NCBI GenBank assembly: GCA_035631275.1
Contig: DASQJA010000083.1
Span: 1 to 52,581 of the forward strand
Length of the DNA: 52,581 nucleotides
Direction: 5' to 3'
From: Bryobacteraceae bacterium
Lineage (GTDB): Bacteria; Acidobacteriota; Terriglobia; Bryobacterales; Bryobacteraceae
Part shown: positions 19,406-26,761 of the stretch, one piece after another
How the letters are laid out: every line of letters starts with the position of its first letter
How positions within the stretch are numbered: the stretch's first letter is position 1
The notes under the pieces: model-generated
Databases searched by the model: none
Told to the model about the DNA's origin: nothing
What the model saw: the letters and a program-made list of their open reading frames with translations, nothing else
Program-made: the position numbers and the translations under genes

Positions 19406-19891
19406 ATGAATCCTTACGCGTCCTTCCTCGGTAAGCAGGATCCGGTTCAGGTCATCGCCGCAAGCGCAGCGCAGCTTAATTCTCTTCTGGCGACCATCGG
19501 GCCCCAACGCGCCGATCAGCCGCCCGCGCCTGGAAAATGGTCCGCTCGTGAAATCATGTGCCATCTCGCCGACTGCGAAACCGTCTTCGCCTTCCGGCTG
19601 CGGCAAACGCTCGCCGAAGATCATCACGTCATCCAGCCTTTCGATCAGGACAAGTGGGCTCCGTCGTACAAGGCCTACGACCTCGCCTCCGCGGAGGCTG
19701 TCTTCACTGCGGTACGCAACTGGAATCTCGCGCTGATCCGCTCTCTCGAACCCTCCGCGCTATCGAAGACCGTGACGCACCCCGAGCGCGGCCAGATGAC
19801 GTTTCAAGTAGTGGTCGAAACCATGGCCGGACACGACCTGAATCACATCCGCCAGATCGAAGCCATCGCGGCACGCTCCGCCCAGGCGTAG
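19406..19891 (+). CDS. DinB-family (DinB_2) four-helix-bundle protein
   Basis: 161 aa with WSAREIMCHLADCE and GHDLNHIRQIE, the histidine triad spacing typical of the DinB superfamily. Confidence 0.7.
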   Translation: MNPYASFLGKQDPVQVIAASAAQLNSLLATIGPQRADQPPAPGKWSAREIMCHLADCETVFAFRLRQTLAEDHHVIQPFDQDKWAPSYKAYDLASAEAVFTAVRNWNLALIRSLEPSALSKTVTHPERGQMTFQVVVETMAGHDLNHIRQIEAIAARSAQA

Positions 19892-19895
19892 GATC

Positions 19896-20420
19896 GTGGA
19901 TCAGATTCCCGAGCCTTGGCTCCGGGGTCCTTTGCCTGGTGTCAACACGCTCACGGCGCCCATTCTCTTCGCATTCCAGCACGCGCGCGAAGACCTCGCC
20001 AAGCACACCGAAGGACTCACCCCGGAACAGATCTGGTCCACGCCTTTTGGCTTCGGCTCGACCGGGTTCCACATCCGCCACATCGCCCGAAGCACGGATC
20101 GGCTATTCGCCTATCTCGCCGGGCGTCAACTCACTGCAGAGCAGCTCGAAGGATTAGCCACAGAGCAACATCCGGGAGCATCGCGCGAGCAACTCCTCGC
20201 CGAGTTGGATTCCGCGTTCGCTCACGCCGAGCGAGTGGTTCGCACGCTGGACTCCGCGTCGCTCGAGCAGGTGCGTCAAGTGGGCCGCAAGCGCCTTCCC
20301 ACCACGGTCATCGGCTTGTTGACTCACATCGCCGAACACACGCAGCATCACGTGGGCCAGGCGATCTCGGCCGCAAAACTCGCGCGCGCAGTTAGCGGCA
20401 ACGATTCGACGGGCAACTGA
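19896..20420 (+). CDS. DinB-family protein (second tandem copy, divergent)
   Basis: 174 aa with a GTG start, ...GFHIRHIARSTDRL... and THIAEHTQHHVGQAI. Confidence 0.65.
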   Translation: MDQIPEPWLRGPLPGVNTLTAPILFAFQHAREDLAKHTEGLTPEQIWSTPFGFGSTGFHIRHIARSTDRLFAYLAGRQLTAEQLEGLATEQHPGASREQLLAELDSAFAHAERVVRTLDSASLEQVRQVGRKRLPTTVIGLLTHIAEHTQHHVGQAISAAKLARAVSGNDSTGN

Positions 20421-20454
20421 ATCCGCAGAGTATACTCATTGCTGGAGAATCCGC

Positions 20455-21558
20455 ATGCGACGATACTGCCCAATCTTTGTCTTAGCACTCGAGGTCTTAG
20501 CAATCACCGCGCTCACGCCCGCTGCTCAGGCTCAATCCGACGGACCTTACAAGGTCTTAAAGTCAGCGCGCCTCGGCGGCGAGGGCGGCTGGGACTATAT
20601 CTACGCCGACACAGCCGGCCGGCGACTGTACATACCGCGCCGGGGAGCGCCGGGAGCAGCCGCCGGATCGCAGACGCGCTTGTCGATTTATAATCTCGAC
20701 ACGCTGGAGCCGGTCAGCGAAATCGACGCCGTCGGGGGACAAGGCACGGCTGTCGATCCCAAGTCCGGCCACGGCTTCACCAGCAGCCGCCCGGTCTCGA
20801 TGTTCGACACCAAGACCATGAAGCTCATCAAAACCATCGATGTTGCCGAAGCCTGCCGCCCCGACGGGATCTATTTCGATCCGTTCAACGAACGCGTCTA
20901 CATCTTCAGCCATCCGACCAAGGACGCGACGGTGATCGACGCCAAGGACGGCACGGTGCTCGGCACCATCGACCTCGGCGGAGTGCCTGAACAAGCAGTG
21001 GGCGATGGACGCGGCATGCTCTACGTGGTGATGCAGGACGCGCAGGGTAGCGTCACCGCTGTCGACGCCAAGACGATGAAGGCAGTAGCGCACTATCCGT
21101 TCGGCGACATCGGCCGATGCAACGGTCTCGCACTCGACGTGAAAAACCAGGTGCTTTTCGCTGCCTGCGCGGTTTCTGGAAATCCGCCGGCCCAGCCGCC
21201 GCAACCGAAGATGGTGGTTTTGAGCGCCAAGGACGGCAAGACTCTCGCGACGCTTGCGCTCGCGGGCTCCTCTGATGGCGCAGTATTTAATCCCGCCACG
21301 ATGGAGGCGTTCAGCACGCAAGGCAACGGCACCTTGACTGTAGTGAAGGAGCAGAGCCCCACCAGTTTCGAAGTTGAACAGAATCTCGAAACGATGAATG
21401 GCGCGCGCACCATCACGCTTGACAGCAAGACCAATCACATTTTTACGATGAGTCAGGAGCGCGGCCCAGCGGGAGCAGCGCCCTCAGGAGGCGGTCGCGC
21501 GCCTCTCGGTCCGCCGGTACCCGGTTCGTTCACGATTCTAATGATCGGAAAACCGTAG
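20455..21558 (+). CDS. secreted YncE-like / YVTN-type beta-propeller protein
   Basis: 367 aa. Signal peptide (…TPAAQAQS) and repeated blade segments (RLYIP, RVYIFSHP, MLYVVMQD, VLFAACA, NHIFTMS). Family assignment is from overall pattern only. Confidence 0.55.
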   Translation: MRRYCPIFVLALEVLAITALTPAAQAQSDGPYKVLKSARLGGEGGWDYIYADTAGRRLYIPRRGAPGAAAGSQTRLSIYNLDTLEPVSEIDAVGGQGTAVDPKSGHGFTSSRPVSMFDTKTMKLIKTIDVAEACRPDGIYFDPFNERVYIFSHPTKDATVIDAKDGTVLGTIDLGGVPEQAVGDGRGMLYVVMQDAQGSVTAVDAKTMKAVAHYPFGDIGRCNGLALDVKNQVLFAACAVSGNPPAQPPQPKMVVLSAKDGKTLATLALAGSSDGAVFNPATMEAFSTQGNGTLTVVKEQSPTSFEVEQNLETMNGARTITLDSKTNHIFTMSQERGPAGAAPSGGGRAPLGPPVPGSFTILMIGKP

Positions 21559-21628
21559 CGCGAGTCAACTACCGCGCTACACTCTAGAAAGCATGGCCAA
21601 CCATTCGCCTCGCGCATAGAACCAGCGC

Positions 21629-22069
21629 ATGAACGGACCCATCGCTTTCTCGAAGACGCTTCGCGCACTCGACGCCGACAGCTTCCGCATCTCGAACCTC
21701 GTGCTTCTCGCCGGTCTCGCGCTTTTGGCCGCGTGGGTCTGGTGGCTGATCGCATCGCGCGTTCCGCAATATGAAATCACGCGCGATGTCCAAATCCAGC
21801 CGAATCGCTTCCTCGCCACTTTCCCGCCGCGCGCGCTCGAACGCATCCGCCCGGGCCAAACGGCCAGCCTGCATCTTGAAAGCGAGACGATCCCCGCCAA
21901 GGTGATTGCGCTTGGGGCCGACGCCGCCACCGGCCAGGTCCGCGCGATCCTGCTTCCTGCCACCGAAAACCGTGTTCCGCCCGCATCGCATGCCGAAGTG
22001 GCCATCGAAGTGGAACGCATCTCGCCCGCCACACTGATCCTGCGCGCTTCCGGCGTCGCTCGTCCATGA
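21629..22069 (+). CDS. HlyD-family-like mini periplasmic adaptor (no coiled-coil hairpin)
   Basis: 146 aa. An N-terminal cytoplasmic stub and a TM helix (ISNLVLLAGLALLAAWVWWLIA), followed directly by a beta-barrel-like tail (IRPGQTASLHLES...IPAKVIALGADAATGQVRAIL...AEVAIEVERISP). Its stop overlaps the start of the next gene (ATGA). Confidence 0.55.
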   Translation: MNGPIAFSKTLRALDADSFRISNLVLLAGLALLAAWVWWLIASRVPQYEITRDVQIQPNRFLATFPPRALERIRPGQTASLHLESETIPAKVIALGADAATGQVRAILLPATENRVPPASHAEVAIEVERISPATLILRASGVARP

Positions 22070-24699
22070 AGGCAAGGACGCGGAACCCCGGCGCCCGCTT
22101 TCTCGTGCCCGAGGTTGTCCAGACTTCAAACATGGACTGCGGCCCGGCCGCGTTGAAAAGCCTTTTCGAGGGATTCGGCATTCGCGTGCACTACGGCCGT
22201 TTGCGCGAGGCTTGCCAGACCGACGTGGATGGTAGCTCGATCGATACGTTGGAGGAAGTTGCCAACCAGCTCGGTCTCAAAGCCGAGCAGATCATGCTGC
22301 CCGTCGACCACGTCCTGCTCGACGAGGCGCGCGCTCTCCCGGCCATCGCCGTGATCTTGCAACCTAACGGCCTCACCCACTTCGTTGTGATCTGGCGGCG
22401 TCACGGTTCGTTAGTGCAGATAATGGACCCCGCGGCTGGCCGGCGCTGGGGGCAAGGGTCGCGATTTCTTTCGGAGCTTTTCGTTCACAGCCAGGCAGTC
22501 GCGGCCACCGATTGGCGCGAATATGCGGGATCATCCGATTTTGTCCGGCCGCTGTTGCGGCGCTTGCATGAGATTGGAATCGCCGGGCAGTCCCAGCCGC
22601 TATTTGCCGCCGCCAGTACCGACAAGAGCTGGAGAACCGTCGCGGCTCTCGACGCGGGCGTGCGGATGCTGAGTTCCCTCGTTCGGTCGGGTGGGATCCA
22701 ACCGGGCGCGGAAGCTGCTCGCGTTCTCGGGTCATTCCTCGAAGACCCCGCCGCGATACCCGACCACTATTGGTCAGTGCGGCCTGGTCCTTCCGAAGAA
22801 GAACTCCTGATACGGGGCGCTGTTTTGGTGCGGGTTCTCGGCCGCGCGGAAGTGACAAGCGAGAAGATACCTGAACCCACATCTCCGGAATTGGCCGCCG
22901 CGCTAAAACAGCCGCCGACTCGCCCGGGGCGCGAGCTTCTGAAGCTGCTTCGAGAAGACGGATTCTTCGTGCCCACGGTCATGCTGACCTCGATGATCGT
23001 CGCGAGCGCCGCTGTCATCTTCGAGGCAGTGCTGTTCCGCGGGCTGCTGGACCTCGGCCGCGTGCTGCCCTTTCCAGCCGAGCGGCTGGGCGCGATTGGT
23101 GCGGTAATCGCATTCTCGTTTGGGCTGCTTCTGGTAGAAATTCCATTGACGCGGAATCTGCTGTGCTACGGCCGGAAGCTCGAAACGCGATTGCGTCTGG
23201 CCTTCTTGCGAAAGATCCCGCGCCTCGGCGACCCTTATTTTCAAAGCCGCCTCAAGTCCGACATGGCCGAGCGCAGCCACAGCATTCATCGCATCCGGCG
23301 GCTGCCGGAGCTCGGCGGCCAACTGCTGCGGTACAGCTTCGAAATCGCTTTCACGGCTGCTGGAATCGTCTGGCTCGACCCGGCTAGCGCAGTGCTCGCG
23401 ATTCTGGCCGCGCTTTTTGCCGTAGCGATCCCGCTCCTGTCGCAGCCATGGCTAATGGAGCGCGATCTGCGCTTTCGGACGCACACGGGCGCTCTCACGC
23501 ATTTTTATCTCGATGCATTGCTCGGATTGGTCGCCATCCGGACGCATGGCGCGCAGGGAGCGTTGCGGCGCGAGCACGAGAGCTTGTTGAGCGAGTGGGC
23601 GCGCGCCGGTCTCACGCTCCAGCGCGCAGTGATCTCGCTCGAAAGCTTGCAGTTTCTGTCTGGCTTCGGTCTCGCGGTATGGCTGCTTGCGTCGCACCTG
23701 GCTCGAACCGGAGAGACCGGCGCAGTTCTGTTGCTGGTGTATTGGGGGCTAAATCTGCCGGCGCTCGGCCAGGAGGTCGCCTTGATCGCCTGGCAATATC
23801 CGGCGTATCGCAATGTAACGTTGCGTTTGCTCGAGCCGCTGGGCGCAATCGAGCACTCGGCTCCTCTCGAAGCAGCGCCGTTCGATTCAAAAAGCGGCGC
23901 AGTCGCGCTGGCTTTCGAAAACGTCAGTGTCACCGTTGCAGGCCACACGGTGCTGCATGATATCGATCTGTCGATTCGCGCCGGCGAGCATATCGCCATC
24001 GTGGGCCGTTCGGGCGCCGGAAAGTCCAGCCTGGTTGGAATTTTGCTCGGTTGGTATCGTCCGTCATCGGGACGCGTCTTGGTGGCTGGCGTAGAGCTAG
24101 ACGAGCAGGCCATCGAGCGATTGCGGGTGCACACCGCCTGGGTCGATCCTGCTGTTCAGCTCTGGAATCGTCCTCTTCAGGAGAACCTCGAATATGGGTT
24201 GCCCCGCGCTGCGCGGTTGTCGTTCGAGGCCGCCATCGATGCGGCAGGCTTGCGGCGGGTGCTCCAGCGTCTCTCGGACGGCGCGTCAACGCCGTTGGGC
24301 GAAGGCGGCGGGCTGGTCTCGGGCGGTGAAGGGCAGCGCGTGCGTTTCGGCCGCGCACTCTTGCGGCCGGGCGTTCGGCTCGTGATCTTAGATGAAGCCT
24401 TTCGCGGGCTGGATCTCGACCAACGCCGCGAGTTGCTCAAGCGCGCGCGGGAGCTGTGGCGGGATGCGACCGTGCTTGCCATCTCACACGATATTTCGGA
24501 AGCGATGGGCTTCGAGCGAGTGCTGGTGATCGAAGACGGCCGGATCGTGGAGGACGGGGATCCGAGCGCGCTTGCGCAAAACCCGGAATCGCGATTCGCC
24601 AACATGCTGGGCGCGGAATACCAGGTGCGCGAGGGACTCTGGTCGTCGGCGGGCTGGCGAAGGCTTCGCCTTGACGACGGGGTGCTCGTGGAGAAATGA
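22066..24699 (+). CDS. peptidase-C39-domain ABC exporter (PCAT-type half transporter)
   Basis: 877 aa. C39 motifs VVQTSNMDCGPAALKSL (Gln/Cys), GLTHFVVIW (His) and IMDPAAG (Asp). Six-helix TMD. NBD with GRSGAGKSS, VSGGEGQR, LVILDEAF and AISHD. Confidence 0.85.
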   Translation: MKARTRNPGARFLVPEVVQTSNMDCGPAALKSLFEGFGIRVHYGRLREACQTDVDGSSIDTLEEVANQLGLKAEQIMLPVDHVLLDEARALPAIAVILQPNGLTHFVVIWRRHGSLVQIMDPAAGRRWGQGSRFLSELFVHSQAVAATDWREYAGSSDFVRPLLRRLHEIGIAGQSQPLFAAASTDKSWRTVAALDAGVRMLSSLVRSGGIQPGAEAARVLGSFLEDPAAIPDHYWSVRPGPSEEELLIRGAVLVRVLGRAEVTSEKIPEPTSPELAAALKQPPTRPGRELLKLLREDGFFVPTVMLTSMIVASAAVIFEAVLFRGLLDLGRVLPFPAERLGAIGAVIAFSFGLLLVEIPLTRNLLCYGRKLETRLRLAFLRKIPRLGDPYFQSRLKSDMAERSHSIHRIRRLPELGGQLLRYSFEIAFTAAGIVWLDPASAVLAILAALFAVAIPLLSQPWLMERDLRFRTHTGALTHFYLDALLGLVAIRTHGAQGALRREHESLLSEWARAGLTLQRAVISLESLQFLSGFGLAVWLLASHLARTGETGAVLLLVYWGLNLPALGQEVALIAWQYPAYRNVTLRLLEPLGAIEHSAPLEAAPFDSKSGAVALAFENVSVTVAGHTVLHDIDLSIRAGEHIAIVGRSGAGKSSLVGILLGWYRPSSGRVLVAGVELDEQAIERLRVHTAWVDPAVQLWNRPLQENLEYGLPRAARLSFEAAIDAAGLRRVLQRLSDGASTPLGEGGGLVSGGEGQRVRFGRALLRPGVRLVILDEAFRGLDLDQRRELLKRARELWRDATVLAISHDISEAMGFERVLVIEDGRIVEDGDPSALAQNPESRFANMLGAEYQVREGLWSSAGWRRLRLDDGVLVEK

Positions 24700-26759
24700 A
24701 CGACCTGCTCTGGCCCGCATCCCGCTTAGGCGATGTACTTGCTTTTGCTACAGGCACGTCCGCGCCGCCAGAGCCAGGCCCAGGCATCATCGGCAATTCC
24801 GAATCTCTAACCGAGTGGTTAACAACCGCAGCGCGGACGCTGAATCTCGAAGCACAATCCACAGAAACAACCTACGCGGCGTTCGAGCTGGACGTCGCGG
24901 CAATGGCTCCGGCGCTGATTCAGGTGCCGGGAGAACCGGCCTTCCTTTTGTTAGTCGCCGGAAGGCGGCTGACCATCCTAGGGCCCGACGGAAACAAACA
25001 TGGAGTCTCACCGTCGGCGATCCGTTCGATGCTGTGCGGCGCACGCGAGCAGTCCGTCAGAGCGGAAGTGCAATCGATTCTCGATCGCGCGCGGATTGAG
25101 CCCGCGGCACAAAGTCGTGCGCAAGAGGCGCTGATGCGCGAACGCATGGGTTCGGTGCGAATCGGTGGCATCTGGCTCTTGCGCCTCCCTTCCTCGGCGA
25201 GCTTTTGGCAGCAACTGCGCCGGGCTGGCGTTCATCGCCGGCTGATCGCCTTGACGGGGGCGCACACGGTTCAATACCTGCTGTGGATATTCGCATGGTG
25301 GGTGGTGGGATCGAACGTTCTCAATCGCAGCTCGGATCGCAGTTGGCTTTTCCTCTGGGCGCTTCTGCTGCTGACGTTGGTTCCGATTCGCGTACTGATC
25401 ACTTGGCTTCAGGGATCGGTTGCAATCGGCGGAGGCGCACGGCTGAAGGAGCGGCTTTTCACAGGAGCGCTGAAACTGGAACCCGACAGCATCCGGCATC
25501 AAGGAGCGGGTCAATTGCTCGGCCGCGTGCTGGAATCGGAAGCTGTGGAATCGCTTGCGCTGTCCGGCGGCTTTTTGGCGCTGATGGCGATCATCGAGTT
25601 GTTCATCTCGATCTTCGTCCTAGCCGCCGGCGCTGGTGGATGGCTTCAGGCTGGTGTGTTCGTGGCGTGGCTCGCCGCCGGTGACGTCATCGGCTTGCGG
25701 TACATGCGGCGCAATCGCTTCTGGACCGACGTGCGGCTCAACATGACGCACGAGCTGATCGAGAACATGGTGGGGCATCGCACGCGGCTCGCCCAGCTTC
25801 CGCCGGATCGCTGGCACCAGGGCGAAGATGAGACGCTCGAAGGTTATTTGAAAGCCTCGAAAGCCATGGACGATTCTACAGCCGCTCTGCTGGCCATCAT
25901 TCCGCGCGGTTGGCTAGTGGTGGGAATGATCGCCCTGATTCCCGCGTTTACGCGCGGCGCATCGACAGCCAGTATCGGCATCGCTGTGGGTGGCGTCGTG
26001 CTGGCATATCGCGCGTTGCGGCGCAGGACATCCGGCGCCTGGCAGCTTGCAGGAGCGTGGGTTGCCTGGCAGCGCGCTTCGGTTTTGTTCGAGGCGGCAA
26101 AAGCGCCTGAGACGACGGGCGCGCTCGAAGCGGCCGGCTCCAGCTCGGATGGAACGCTCCAGGCTCGCCATCTGAGTTTCCGATACGGCGAGAGGACCCC
26201 GCAGGTCTTGCGCGCATGCTCGCTGACCGTCCCACCTGGAGAGCGGCTTGTGCTCGAGGGAGCTTCGGGCGGTGGCAAGTCGACCTTGATTTCGCTCATC
26301 GCCGGTCTGCGCGAGCCTGGTTCCGGTCAAGTGTTGGTGAGCGGTCTCGATCGAAAGAAGCTCGGCGACGATGCGTGGCGGAAACGTGTTGCAGCCGCTC
26401 CGCAGTTTCACGAAAACCATGTCCTGGCCGAAACGTTTGCGTTCAATTTGATGATGGGACGGCACAAGCTGCCCAGCCGTCACGACCTGAGTGAAGCGGA
26501 AGCGGTTTGTCGCGAACTTGGCCTGGGCGATGTGCTGGACCGGATGCCGTCGGGGTTGCTCCAGATGGTCGGCGAAACGGGTTGGCAGCTCTCGCACGGC
26601 GAGCGCAGCCGGTTGTACATCGCGCGCGCCTTGTTGCAAGACGCCGGTTTAGTGATCTTGGACGAAAGCTTCGCCGCACTCGATCCCATGAATTTTCAGA
26701 TCGCACTCGCTTGTGCCGTCAAGCGCGCGCGTTCGCTGCTTGTGATCGCGCACCGCTGA
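24696..26759 (+). CDS. ABC exporter half transporter with degenerate C39-like N-terminal domain
   Basis: 687 aa. The N-terminal ~165 aa have the C39 layout but no Cys/His (LLWPASRLGDVLAFA...PAFLLLVAGRRLTILGPDG). TMD, then NBD with GASGGGKST, LSHGERSR, LVILDESF and a terminal VIAHR. The start overlaps the previous stop. Confidence 0.8.
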   Translation: MNDLLWPASRLGDVLAFATGTSAPPEPGPGIIGNSESLTEWLTTAARTLNLEAQSTETTYAAFELDVAAMAPALIQVPGEPAFLLLVAGRRLTILGPDGNKHGVSPSAIRSMLCGAREQSVRAEVQSILDRARIEPAAQSRAQEALMRERMGSVRIGGIWLLRLPSSASFWQQLRRAGVHRRLIALTGAHTVQYLLWIFAWWVVGSNVLNRSSDRSWLFLWALLLLTLVPIRVLITWLQGSVAIGGGARLKERLFTGALKLEPDSIRHQGAGQLLGRVLESEAVESLALSGGFLALMAIIELFISIFVLAAGAGGWLQAGVFVAWLAAGDVIGLRYMRRNRFWTDVRLNMTHELIENMVGHRTRLAQLPPDRWHQGEDETLEGYLKASKAMDDSTAALLAIIPRGWLVVGMIALIPAFTRGASTASIGIAVGGVVLAYRALRRRTSGAWQLAGAWVAWQRASVLFEAAKAPETTGALEAAGSSSDGTLQARHLSFRYGERTPQVLRACSLTVPPGERLVLEGASGGGKSTLISLIAGLREPGSGQVLVSGLDRKKLGDDAWRKRVAAAPQFHENHVLAETFAFNLMMGRHKLPSRHDLSEAEAVCRELGLGDVLDRMPSGLLQMVGETGWQLSHGERSRLYIARALLQDAGLVILDESFAALDPMNFQIALACAVKRARSLLVIAHR

Positions 26760-26761
26760 GG

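Noticed and set aside
21556-21628. Intergenic spacer upstream of the export cassette, checked for a precursor peptide gene; it contains ATGGCCAACCATTCGCCTCGCGCATAG (8 codons) and a TAGCGCG…CGCGCTA inverted repeat.
   Set aside because: The ORF is too short and has no Gly-Gly leader. The inverted repeat has no U-tract. There is nothing here that qualifies as a bacteriocin or RiPP precursor.
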